The translations under genes were made by a program, and so were the position numbers. The notes under the pieces are model-generated. The model had not been told where the DNA came from and did no database searches. It saw nothing but the letters and a program-made list of their open reading frames with translations. Below, one piece after another: positions 39,287 through 52,700 of a stretch of DNA of 64,000 bases; position 1 is the stretch's first letter; each line of letters begins with the position of its first letter. The stretch comes from Paragordius varius. Lineage: Eukaryota > Animalia > Nematomorpha. The stretch is taken from positions 11,842,001 through 11,906,000 of the forward strand of contig OZ176051.1 in assembly GCA_964247055.1 (NCBI GenBank), given 5' to 3'.

Positions 39287-41144
39287 TTATTATTCAAATA
39301 TTTATATATGTCGATTATTCAAGTAAAATGCTACTCTTATAACTGTTGATAAGCTTTTGTTTTTGATGAATTTTAAAAAGAAAGGGGTAAAGACTACATG
39401 ATTGATACTCAGAGGATATAAATTTTGAAGCAATTTTTCATATTTGATAAAAAGAGCGGCATCTATTCATTCAGAAAAAGTGTTATATCATATATAAAAT
39501 CTTTATATAAGGTTTAGTCATTAAATAGCATTAAACACCCTTCAACGATTGCCATAATATAAATTTTAAGGTAAATAAGTTTTTCCAAAAATAATTTATA
39601 ATATTCTAGCATATAAATATTTATCGTTGGTTGTTTTGCCTTTTTTAGGAGACTGGCACGGTTAATCTATTATTATATAACTTTTACTGGTCGTAAATAA
39701 GAATAAAAATCACATTACATTAAATATTAATTTTATTATATTAAAAATTATTTTAGTTTGAGGCTGTAGATTTTAACAAAATTCAAAAATTTTATTATAA
39801 ATTAAATATTTAAGCAGAACATCCAATATTTTGGGAAACATGTCTTGATGTCAAAATTAAGCCTATATTTAAAAATTTTATCGCGTAGTATCAGCGTTTT
39901 TGCATTTACTTTGAGAACTTACCCATTATAGAAAAGTCAAAAAATTTAAGACTTTCGGATCCCATATCTAAAATTTATAAAATATTGTTGTGCTGTTATA
40001 TATGGTGTCTGATATCAGTTAATGATATTTTTTGGAATGAAGAATTTTTCCCCAAAAAAAAATTAAATTGTGAGAAAGCCATTTTATGGAGCGGTTGCCA
40101 AAGTAGTATTATATTTTTAATATCACCTATGATTAAGGTGACCAGATTTTTTGAAGGAAAAAGCGGGACAAATTTGAGAAGGTGAAGGGGGGTCGTTGGG
40201 GGTACAACCAAAAATTTTTATACAAAAAATTTATTGTAATATTTATTTATTTTTAACACAAATACATTATAAATATAAAAAATTTGTACCTCACAGGTTG
40301 TTTGTACCTTATTCAATAAATTTACATGTGCGGAAACAAAGGGTGAAATGATTGTAATATTCTAGAAAAAAATAATAAAGACGAAATCATCACAAAGTTC
40401 GCTGGGTGGTGCAAGAAGCGGCACAAAAAATATTTTTAACAATTTAGCTAATCTTAATCAAAACATTATTGGCAGATACACAACGCTATTCAAACAGCTA
40501 CTGATTTTTTACCCCTGGATGTGGAAAATATAGATGTTAAAATGCTTGGATATCGTAAAACTGTTGGTTAGCTCTTTTGCCAGCGATTGAAATATTTATA
40601 AAAATGTGATCTGCAAGAATCCTATTTTTTATCACAGGACAAAGGTCAAAATTCCAAGTCAAAAAAGGTAGAAAATAATTTTATACCATTACCTAATCGC
40701 AATATTATAGACCATCCAGAAACAAGGCTTAATGAATAGCCAGAATATAAAAATGTTTTATACAAACAGAAACGATTATTTGGAAGACAAGACGGTGCAC
40801 AATGACAATTTTTTATGAAGTCTCATTATTAAATAAATATATTGAATGAAAACTTATATTATGGACAACAGAAAAAAATACGTAGGATAGAAATGGTTAA
40901 AATAATCATTTTTAAACAAATTATGTTCCATACAATAATATTTTAATTGTGGAATTTGCATTATCTTTACCTGAACCACTGCTATTGAAGGCGTTTTTCC
41001 ACAGAAAATTAAGAAAGGACACGGAATCAAATTTAAATGTTAAATAAAAGCCATTTTATGTGTTCAAATATAATTTGACAAATTATGAAGACTTATACAA
41101 TATTTTAAGTAATTTTGTTTTTAACACAAAAACTTTAAATAAAG

Positions 41145-43556
41145 TATTTTATTCTTTGTTATATTTTTTGTTTGAGTGAATGCGTTTTAGCAGATTGTCA
41201 TCATTTTTTAAATATTGTAGAAGTGTTCACAAGAATTTGTCAAATTATATTTGACAGATAAAACGGCCTTTTAAGTTTCAACATTTAACACTTGGATACA
41301 ACACACTCATTTTAGATTCAAATTGGGGTAGTTGGATAACCCAGGCCTCTTTAAAATTAAATTCTTTAAAAAATATAGAAGGAATCGAAACCATGGCAAA
41401 ATCTTGCACTTATCTAACATTAATAAACCGAAATATATAAAAAATGTTATTTAAAAATACTTGATATTACTTATTTTAAGCTAAAACCGAAAGGTAAAAA
41501 TTTCGTCATCGTGACATGTCAAATTGAAAAATTATACTAACTAAACCGCTTTTTCTATTTCTATCAATGTTATATGTAATTTATATAAAAAATTAGCTTT
41601 AGTTTTACCCTTAAAATTAAATAAAGACAATATTTTGCAAAAAATTTGTAAAATAAAAATGGCGTCGAAGTATTTGAAATGCAACTTTTCAAAACAAAAT
41701 TTTATTCAGATATTTTGGCATATTTATATAATATATATCAGGATAGAAGCATAAATTTAAATTGGGACCGTTTCCTTCAGTAGTTTTTTAAAAATATTAA
41801 TTTAAATTTAGTCTGGGGTATGATACCCCAATTTGAATTGAAGTGTTAAAATTGATTTTTCCGATGTCCACACCTGATCTACTGTGGAAAAAACGCGCTC
41901 AGTAGCAGCGTTGGTTCCAGGTAAAGATAGTGCTAATTCCACAATTTTTAAAATATTATTGTAAGTAATATAGTTGGCTTCAAAATGATTAAATATTTCC
42001 AACCATTTCTTTTCTACTGTATATTTTTCTTTTGTCCATAATTTATGTTTTTCATTATTAATATTTCTTTTAACTAACGATACTAAGAAAAAAGATCATT
42101 TTCTGAAAGATTACTTTTTGAGAATTTTTGGGAGCAGATATAATCAAATGATTTTTGAACATCGCACCAATTAAATTCTGATTTTAATGTTATCCAATGA
42201 AAATGAATTGCGTCGTCCAGTCTTCCAAATAATCTTTACAGTTTGTATAAAACATTTTTATATGGTACATGATATCTTGGCGATTCATTAAGCTTTGTTT
42301 TTCTAAATTATTTATTATATTGCGGATGGTTAATGGTATAAAATTATTTTCTAACCGTTCTTGACATTGGAATTTTAGGTTACTAACTTCATTGGCTACT
42401 TCGATTGCCGAAATTTTGTCATCTTCTAAATTTAATAACATTTTGAAAAAGAGAAGCTTGATTATGTAAGAATTCTAACCATATTTTTTAAAATTCACTT
42501 TCAAAAAACTTTAAAGTTGTAGCACATTTGTCCTGAGGTAAAAAAAAGATTTTAAAGGATTATACATTTTTAAAATTCTTTCGATAGCTGGCATAAAAGC
42601 TAACCAACGAGTTTTACAATATCCAAGCATTTTTTGATATTGAACTTCTGCATTTTCACAGAATTCTTTAAGCGTTTCAACATGTACCGTGTATATATAA
42701 AAATAGGAATATATTTTAACAACGACATTTTCCACATCTAGGGGTAACAAATCAGCAGCTGTTTGAATAGCGTTGTGTATTATATGCGCTGCCCACCCAA
42801 CGCTAATAATGTTTTGATTAAGATTATCTGTTTATTTATGAAAAATATTTTTTGTTCCCCTCCTTGCTTTTCCACCAAAGTTCGTATTGGTGTTGTCAGC
42901 GCAATATGCGATAATTTTGTCTTTTAAATTATTTTTTTCTAGAATATGCATTATTGAAGTAAATATTATTTCGGAATTTTCACCGGGTAGGGAAATGAAA
43001 TCTAAAATTTTAATTTTTACTCCGGTATCTGAATCAAAATATCTTATCAAAGTGGGAAATAATTTTGTTTCATGGTGATTTGAAGCATCAAAGTATAGGG
43101 ATAAGAAATTAATTTTTAGCAAATCTTTTTGTATTTCAGAAAATGCATGTGGCGAAAGGACATTGCACACAATGGCTTCAGCCTTTGTACGGGCACATGT
43201 AAATTTTTTATGGAATAACGTGCGAATAACCTGTGAGGTACAGTCCATAGATCTAAAGGAATGATTGTGATTAACGGCGTGAAAAGATAACACGCCCTCA
43301 GTTAGTGCCAAATTCTTTTCTTCCACTCCAAAAGCGGTTTTTCGAAAAAAATCGCTCATTTTGTAAGATGATGCCGCCATATCTAAACATTTTTTATGTT
43401 TCTGTGTTTCATGCTTTGTAATATCATGCTTGCGCCATGTGCTAGGGTGAATTCCCCCTCGCATATAAGACATTTAGATGAATTCGTCGTTTTTTTAATA
43501 AAAGGAAAATCTTTCATTAATTCATCGTTGAATTTACAACCTCTTTTTGTGCTCAT
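41145..43556 (-). pseudogene. Frameshifted hAT transposase
   Basis: MSTKRGCKFNDEL (BED-type zinc finger), SLYFDASN, YCADNTNTNFGG, RWL, LSLPGTNAATERVFS; split across several frames and interrupted by a MITE. Confidence 0.9.
41289..41845. mobile_element. piggyBac-type MITE nested in the hAT transposase
   Basis: TTAA-CACTTGGAT...GAAGTG-TTAA; the orthologous position in hAT copy 2 (about 60488) has a single TTAA. Confidence 0.88.
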
Positions 43557-43567
43557 ATTTATGAACT

Positions 43568-43960
43568 ACTATTAGTATAATAAATATTATATTACCTTAA
43601 TTTTCTGAAATAAACGTGTAAGGTACCGATTTGTGGTATCAATTTGTCTTTTAAGTTACCGATTTGTGGTATTAATTTGGCTTTTTAATAATGTTGACAA
43701 GTAATAAATATTAGTATAATAAATATTATATTACCTTAATTTGCTGAAATAAACGTGTAAGGTACCGATTTGTGGTATCAATTTGTCTTTTAAGCTACCG
43801 ATTTGTGTGGTATTAATTTGGCTTTTTAATAATGTTGGCAAGTAATAAAACTAAAATATTAGTATAATAAATATATATTACCTTAATTTTCTGAAATAAA
43901 CGTGTAAGGTACCGATTTGTGGTATCAATTTGTCTTTTAATCTAGAGATTTGTGGTATTA
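43568..43960. repeat. About 130-145-bp subterminal tandem repeat of the hAT element (3 units here, 2 units at about 62205-62460)
   Basis: Recurring TATTAGTATAATAAAT...GTAAGGTACCGATTTGTGGTATCAATTTG units. Confidence 0.85.
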
Positions 43961-45371
43961 ACTTGGCTTTTTGGGAAGGAAAGTGTATAATCATATGATA
44001 TAAATTCGAAAAAAATAAATATTTTTAATTTAAAAATAAAAAATTTTAATTTAAAATTTATATAGATTTTAAAGATATTTAATGATAAAAAACTAAAACG
44101 GATAAAAAAATTTATTTGTATTATAAAAATTTTTTTTATATATATTCGTGAAAAAGCGGGACATTTTAAAAACGTAGCGGGACGCGGGACAAAGTGTGAA
44201 AAAGCGGGAGGTCTGGTCACCTTACCTATGATGCCCGAAACCCACCTTAAGAATACTAATACATTATCAATCAGAATATGTGTATTTCATCAAGATATTT
44301 ATTTGTGCGATGAGTGTTATGAAATCAGTAAAGGAAATTGGAAAAAATATTTGTTAAAAAATTAAATACGAAATTTTAATGAACCGATTTCAGAGCGTGA
44401 TAAAACGAATAAAAACACAAATTAAGATATTAGAAATACAAATCATTAAATTACATTCTAAGAACTTAAAATTGTTTTATGTACACAATGGATACAAAAT
44501 ATATCTTGCTTAAATATTTATTAAGATAGATGAATGCATCCGGATATCACGGTGCTTATGTTTTTAAGACTTACAAGTGATATAAAAATATCAACACTAG
44601 CTCCATAACCAAAAATCCCAAATTTCGCGCCAAATATGGTTCATTCCAAAAATATTATCAATATATCAATATATATCATATAATACTATATTTAAAAAGA
44701 AAAACAATGTAAATATTTATATTGATAAGAGGTGTGGGCCTAAAGAAGTTTGGGGAAAACGGATAGGCCGATTCTAAATCAAAGCTGAAAATCATTTAAT
44801 CATCTGTAAATATGCCGACAGTGATTAAGCCCTTATATGGATCCTCATTTTTGCCCCTATCCCATGTAAAAATTGTACTATTAAAAAATGAAAGTTATTT
44901 TAAATTTGAAAGACAATTCAGAAAAAGCGTGGTCTCATTTATTTACAATAATGTAAATATCTTTTGTTTTACAAAGACGCCGATAATCACCAAGTCCATA
45001 AATTATCCAGCCCCATTAAATTGGGGTTTCTAAAAAATGTTGGCTTAAAACACAATTCCGAAAGTGTGGGTATGTCAGTTTCAATAAAGCTTTTTTTATT
45101 GTTATTTAATTTCGGTAAAATTGACTAAGTCGTTTTTGAATTAGCCCCTTGATTTAGCCTCACATAGTGTGAAAATAGGAACTTTATAAAATTATATTAA
45201 CGCTGAAGGATTAACTTGGAAAGCGTGCCATGCAAAAACATTAGTAATGTTCCGTGAATGACTGAGCCATATTTTAGAATTTTCTCTCCTCAAGCCGCAC
45301 CAGTGTAAAAATGGATTTTTAAAACAAATGGATTTTGAAGCACCTTTCCTAAAAACGTACCTTAATATATA

Positions 45372-46049
45372 CCATTTGCACTTCAAGAGTGTCCTTAAAC
45401 ACTTCAAGTTGGTCCTTGAACATTTCAAGTGTGTCCTTGAACAATTCGAGTTATTCCTTGAACACTTCAAGTTGGTCCTTAAAATTTAATTTTAGATTTG
45501 ACCATAATTTTAGCATTTATTTTTTTATTTTATCATTTATTAACCTAATTTTCTATATTTATTATATATTTATTCATTTAAAAATAAAATTTTTTATTTA
45601 AAAACCACTTTTTTGTGTCAAACTATTTTTTTTCAATTGAATAAAATTATTGACTTTTAATTGTTTTTAATGAAAAATTTTAATTAATAACCCAGAAAAC
45701 TTATATATTTTTTCCTTTCATATTATATAAATATCCAAAATTATTTTAAGAAATTAATAAGGATATACGGTTTCTCAAAGATTAAAAGTTGACGATTTAA
45801 AATTTATGTTAAATAATAGAAAATAGGTTAAAAATAATAAAATAGATGAATTATTTACGATTTGATTGATAAAAGTTAAAAACAAAACAAAAAAGTTAAA
45901 GGACCAACTTAATGTGTTCAAGGACCAACTTGAAATGTTGAAGAACCAACTTGAACTGTTCAAAGACCAACTTGAACTGTTTAAGGACCAACTTGAATTG
46001 TTCAAGGACTAACTTGAAGTGTTCAAGGACACTCTTGAAGTACAAATGG
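45372..46049. mobile_element. 21-bp-array foldback-like MITE family A
   Basis: TATA-CCATTTGCACTTCAAG...CTTGAAGTACAAATGG-TATA; about 5 units at the left and about 7 inverted units at the right. Confidence 0.88.
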
Positions 46050-47281
46050 TATATGTAAAATTTATGAAAATTATTTACATATCTATTAATTCTTACTTTT
46101 TGCATTTTAATTCTAAAATTTACTTGCTTATATATAATGTAAATAAATACATTATTTAAGTCATACTTGAATACATCCATTGCAGAGCCGTTTTAAATAT
46201 TTTTATATAACTCGATATAAAAAAGCATGATTAGAATCTTAATCATTTAGAATATATATGGTATGAGTAAGTACACATTGCTAGTTTATTAATTATTGCC
46301 AAATATCATATACAACAAAGGGAAATATTATTGGCTAATAATAATAAAAAGTAAGAATAATAACTATAAGCCAATAATACTGCCCTTTGTTGTATAAACT
46401 ATTTGGCAATAATTAATAACTTTCTGGCAATGTGTGCATACTCATACTGTATATTACCAAGATATATTTCCCGTGTGTACTGTGGATTAACCAATTATTT
46501 GCCAAAATGTTATTTATTATTTAATATTACATATTTAAACTTCTCAGATAAAGTAGCAATGAAATCAAATTATTTTAAAATTAAATCAACAATACTTTTT
46601 CAATATGATAATGCTTACTTTATGCATTCAAGAGCTAAAGTGCAGGATATTAATAATCTTGTTAATACTTGTAGAGTAATGTGACCAGATATTTAAAACG
46701 CTGACGCAGTAGAAATCAAAACATACTCTGCCTGTTCAACATCGGTGTGGTATATTACACAGTTTCCACAAAATAATATCCTAATGAAATATATATATAT
46801 ATGGAAAATATCAGGATTATCATGGTGCTTTTGGTTTTAACCTATACGAGTTAGTAAAGAAAGTTATTTACTTTTTTTGTGGTAAGCGCTCCGTATAAAT
46901 TGCAAAGAGTGCGCAATATTTCCAATATTTTTTAGTGAATGCTAAATGCTTTATTTTAAAAATATATCACTAAAATATAAAAAACACTACATAAAAAGCA
47001 AAACAATATTTTTAAAAATTTAAATTTTTAGATGTGGGCTCTGAAAGTCCCAAATTTTTTGGATCTTTTAAAATGTCTATTAAAATGAATGCAAAATTCC
47101 GACATTGTGGTATAATTCTAAATATATGCTAAATTTTGATATCAACTAAATATATTTTTTAAAAATGCATACTTTCAAAAATTTAATTTTTAGTAAGATT
47201 TTGTTGAAGCATACCTCATACTATTTTGACGTGATCGAAACGAAATAAACGGTTGAGATGTTATAACATTTTATATATATT

Positions 47282-48298
47282 GGGTCGGGTGATAAAAAAT
47301 CTTTTTGACTTGACTTGCAAATTTTTCAAGTCATGGCTTGCTTTCATGTGATAAAATTTAACATTAGACGACTTAAGTCAAGCAAGAAAACTTGATTCGG
47401 AGGTGATAAAAAATCATATGATCAAGTAAAACTTAAAGATTTTGCAAGTGTAGTGTAGTGCACACTTGACAGATTTGAAAATATGGATAAAATTATTTTG
47501 GAAACTATTTATGTATAAAATTTAAGTTTTATATGTAATTCAAATATTTGTTAATGCTATAAATTGTTAATTTGATAAATTTTGGCTAATTAATCTATTC
47601 ATTGGGTGGATACAAAAGAGGATAATTTTTAGAAAAACTCTGCTAATATTTAATAACATGGCATATAAAAATATGCTAAATATATCAATTCTGTGACCCC
47701 TCAAAAAATTGGATTCTCTAAAATTTCCTAAAAATAATAATTAAATATCAATCTTCTAAAAATCTTCGTTTATTAAAAGCAAAGGGTTACTTCACTATTA
47801 ACCAATGTAAAGAATTTATTTAATCATAAATTTATTTCGAATGTAATGTTTATAATCGAAGAATAATTATATATTGTATAAACATCTTCCCATTATATTT
47901 GCAAATGGACTCCAAACAAAATGTAGTGTGATAAAGAAATGGAAAGTGTTTTAAGGGCGAATGGTTTCATCAATTTAAAAATTATTACCAGGCTCAATAT
48001 TTAAAAATTCATAATATTAAATAAGATACTTTCCAGTAAGTTTGAAACGTCAATAAATGCATATTGTATTAATTGTTTATCTTTTTGTGCCTTATTTTAT
48101 AATTTTGGCTGAACATAATCAAAATAATTTCTGCAAATTCGAATTGGGTGGCAAAAAAATGTTACAATAAGCAAAAGACTTGACTTAAGTGTTTTTTTCT
48201 CACCGATCTTCAAGTGTACACTTGCTGGCTTAAGTAAACATGCTCAACTTGCCACGCTTGGCTTACAAGTCAAGTGCGACTTTTTTATTACCCCACCC
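47282..48298. mobile_element. Non-autonomous TIR element, PIF/Harbinger-like
   Basis: GGGTCGGGTGATAAAAAA / TTTTTTATTACCCCACCC termini; 3-bp ATT flanks; many internal CAAGT/ACTTG motifs. Confidence 0.6.
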
Positions 48299-48505
48299 AT
48301 TATTCGATAATGCTAATTTCTCAATCAGAATTTTGTGAAAAATATTCGTTCGTTTTCAAATTTATATTATTTAAAAAAAATTAACCAAAATTTGCAAGCA
48401 AAGAAACCTAATTAAAATTCTTAATGTTCAACATCATCGAATTATTATGTAGAGAGATGAGGCATTCATTAGCCTTAAAATATCGTTTTTGACACCTTTT
48501 TACAC

Positions 48506-49656
48506 ATGGTTGTTCAAAAAATTCATTTGAGTGGAATAAAATCTAACAATGGTAAACCGATTTTAATAACTTTAGATCTATGGGATAAATTGATAAAATT
48601 TAGAATACTATTAAACACTGTATTGATAGCTAGCAATGAGAGTTTTTGCCCTAACAGTTAATAATTATTAAATTTCAGATACCAAAAAATTTAAAAGATT
48701 AATAATGAAGGTTTTGAGTCTAGAAAAAATGTTGCTTGACAAATTTGAGAAAAATCAGTTTTTTTTATTATTATTATAACAGAGAAAAATATAATTACCT
48801 TGATATGAGGCAGGAATTAGATATATTGATTAATAGCGATCGGGACCAAATTTTAAATCAATTACAATATGAAATATCAAAATCTTCCTATTCTCTAACC
48901 GATCAAATTGAAAAGGTTGGTGGTTATTTAATTTTAGATTGTCCAAGACATAGATGGGAAACTTTTGGAACGAACACGCTTAAAACGAATATCTCTGAAT
49001 GATTCAGAAAATATGCATGTATTGTTTATCATTTTTATCGTATTTTGTAAATATTAAATTCAAATGAGCCGAAAATGGTTATTAAAGCTTGATTAAGTTT
49101 TAAACGGATTTAAAAATAATTTTTAAAATGTTAATATTTATCATTATTGAGATATTTGTTAAACATCATATTTAATAATTAATTATCAAAATTTATTTTA
49201 ATTACATGTTGAATAGACGATTATTTTTGGGGGTGGTTTTTACCTAACTTATATTTTTAAATTAATAAAAAAACTTATATTTTTCCACTTTTTAACCTTT
49301 AAACAAAGTAAGATAGCTCTCGTTTGCTTTTAAAGTCAATAAATGTCTAAAATTTGGTTCCTTAAAAGTTTCTAAAAATTTTCTAAGTTATCTATTCATA
49401 TTTTTCAATCATAAAATACATTTATTTGTTGTTGTGGAGTGCAAAAAAGTTTTAACATAGTATTACAATTTTTCGTTTTTTTTGTAAAAATTGGATCATG
49501 CACCAGAAGGTCTAAAATTGCTTTTTCAATTTAAAATACTTTTGTTGTGGAGTGCAAAAAAGTTTTAACATAGTATTACAATTTTTCGTTTTTTTTGTAA
49601 AAATTGGATCATGCACCAGAAGGTCTAAAATTGCTTTTTCAATTTAAAATACTTTT

Positions 49657-49740
<84 letters not shown>

Positions 49741-52700
49741 TTTAAAATCGCTCTGACAAAACTATCCCAGAAATAAATAAAGTGTCAACATTTGGGCACT
49801 TAAATATTAATTCTGGGTGCACTTGATGGTGTTTGCTTGCCTTAGCCCTTCGAAAATGTAATCCTTGCTTCCAAAAAATTTCGGGATTTTTACTTTGTAT
49901 ATTTTTCAAGTAATTTTAAATTATTTTTAAAAACGATATGGTTTACCAGCAATAATAGATTTATTACAAGTAAAATAGGTTGTATTCTTGTTATAAAAAA
50001 TATTTTGCAAAATAATAAGTTAATCCAGTCGCATAAAATTTTGCAATTAAAATGCCAATCATGTCGTAAAAACTCAAATATTATACCAAATAACTTTGAG
50101 ACTCAACTCGAAAAAGTTAATAGATAATATAATTTCTCAAAATAAAAACTGACACATGTCTGTTTTAACACTCTACCTGGAGTGCATTATAAGAAATATC
50201 CCACAAACTTACGGCATCAACGTAGTTGGGAACCTACTTACATCCGTTCACTACGCGGATGATACAGTCTTATTCGCAGACAGTCTAGACACATTATCGC
50301 AAGCCTTGCAAGTGTTTGCAACTGAATGCAATAAATTTGGATTAAATATCAATTTCAAAAAAACAAAAGGCATGCAAATAAATCCAGCTCAAACCAATCC
50401 AATAATCCTCAACGGCAACCAGATCGAAACAGTTAGCAGCTACACGTACTTAGGTAGCATTATTAATAATGAGAACAACTCTACGCCTGAAATAAAGCGA
50501 AGAATTGCTATTGCTAAAGCAGTAACTTTTAAATATAACAGGATTTGGATGTCACATGACATTAAACTACAAACCAAAATCAGATTAATCAAAGCTACAG
50601 TTTTCCCCACATTCATGTATGGGGGGAAAGCTGGACACTGAAAAAATATGATGAACGTCTAATAAATTCTTTCGAATTATGGGTTTGGAGGAAACTTCTT
50701 CAAACAAAATGGACAGACAAAGTTTCAAACACCACCATTCTAAATAAAATAAACCCAGAAATGTCATTTCTTGGCAGCTTAACACGGCAAAAACTCTCCT
50801 TCTTCGGGCACATCATGAGATCCAGTTCACTTGAAAAATCACTGATGCTGGGGAAAGTGAGTGGTGCCCGAAAAAGAGGGAGAAGACGAACTCGTTGGAT
50901 GGATAACATCCTCAAAGAAACTAACCAATCATTATCCGACCTAAACACCAAAACCGGAAATCGCAACGAATGGAGAAGTTTTATTTTCAATGTTGCAATC
51001 AGTCGGAATCGACTTTAGCAAACAACAACAACAACTTTTTTAGTTTATTTTCTACTCTGGAACTATTTTAGATATCTCATTAATATTTTTACCTTAAATT
51101 TTAATTTTTAGTTTTTATTTTAATTTTATTTTTTCGTTTGACAAGGATTACTAGTGGTAATCGAAAATTCACCCCAATAAATTCATATAATTTTAGCTGA
51201 ATTATAATTGCCATATTCATATACTTCAATCTTTCTGTGATATTGTGCCAATTAATATAGAGGTATTCCATGGCTTTTTAGGGGCTTTATTCATTTCATT
51301 TTTTTAAAAAAATAATATGTTAAAAATTTTTCAAACTTTTTGCCATTAAAAAAATTTCTAAATTTTGTTGAAACGCTAAAAATATAATATATAAAAAACT
51401 TAGTTTGTAATGTCAATGTTTTTGAATATATTTCAAGGTAATTTTTTGCTAATGTATTGTATTTATGAAATATTTAAATTTAAGGCCCTTGAGATAATAC
51501 ATCCCAAAATTTATTCTTCTTATATAAAATTTAATAAGTAATTTGAAAAAAAAATTCCTACATAAATACAACCGCCTCACCCTGATTATTGGATAGATAA
51601 AATTTTAGTTTGAGCGTGTTTTTGATGACTATAAATTCTGCTATAACTAAATAATTCAATGCAATTGAGAAGCTATTTTGTATCGCTATTTCTATTTAGA
51701 GTATATACAATATTTTTTAATAAAGAGTAGGTTATTAAAAGTTAGAAAATCTTATGTCTACAACTTTAACAATAATTATTAGTATTTATGAGATTCAGCT
51801 TGCTTAGAAGAACGCCTTTTATTTGTAAAAATTTTATTTCGTTTATAAGGTACATCTCTTAATAGATGTCTTATCTTGTTTTTATTACCCCACCAAGTTT
51901 TAGCTATTGTGGCCTTTATTTGTATTGTTAAATAAAGCAATTTTAATCTATATATATATATATATATATATATTAGAATTCTCTGGTCATCAATAAAGTT
52001 AATAATACTGACACAATTATCAATCCATCAATTTTCGATGACATGGATTTTTATTACCGACTTGTGAAAGATTTTGTGGACAAAAATAATTCATTACAAA
52101 CTTCTCACAAAAATAATCAAAGGTTTGGCAGTTTTGATATTAAAATTTACAGTTTTTTATAGTTCATTTTGCAGCATAATTGGTATAAACAATTTTTATT
52201 AGTTAAGATTGTCATTAATATTTTGATCATGCAACATGTTTTTTATAGGTGTATTATTTTTACATATTGTAATAAAAACATTAAATTTTGTATTATATCC
52301 ATTTAAAATTATTCATCCAAATAATATTTAGTTAACATAACTAAAGAAGTTGACTTTTCCCTATCTATTCTGAAAGACAAAATCTAATTTTAATATAAAT
52401 AATTGTTATATCTGTGAAAAAATGAGAAAAGAAATTCATAGTTTTAAATAAAAAATATAACAACTAATTTGTTAAACGCTTTGTCAATAGTAATCGCAAT
52501 GCTATTTCTCTGTTTATAAAGTAATTTTCAGGTGTATTTTCGTTTATCATTATTTCACGGTCCGTCATTTACCATTTATAATTCTAATATTTTTTTACAC
52601 ATTCCTTAGTTATTTTGTTTGTAATTTAAGGTATTGATTTTTTTACGACTTGGTACTTTCAGGTAATTTTTACATTTTATCAGTTGTAACATTGTGATCA

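Larger units (their letters stand above)
40134..44224 (-). mobile_element. hAT DNA transposon, copy 1 (full-length, defective)
   Basis: TIR TAAGGTGACCAGA at both ends; perfect 8-bp TSD CCTATGAT (40126-40133 and 44225-44232); GCGGGAC subterminal motifs. Confidence 0.95.

Noticed and set aside
43568-46049. CRISPR-like arrays
   Set aside because: The repeats are contiguous with no unique spacers, lie inside TIR elements, and the context is eukaryotic with no cas genes.
45192-46180. ORFs with heptad-like repeats (also 11379-11564 and 55298-55492)
   Set aside because: They are translations of the 21-bp MITE arrays on both strands, with no gene structure.
48552-48575. Apparent 24-nt GT-AG intron in AATF exon 1
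   Set aside because: Retention is in frame and yields GKPILITLDLWD, which matches the G..LWD spacing of AATF, so I treated it as coding.
50615-50645. Programmed frameshift in the RTE ORF
   Set aside because: It falls in a G homopolymer of a 5'-truncated copy, so decay or a sequencing error is more likely.
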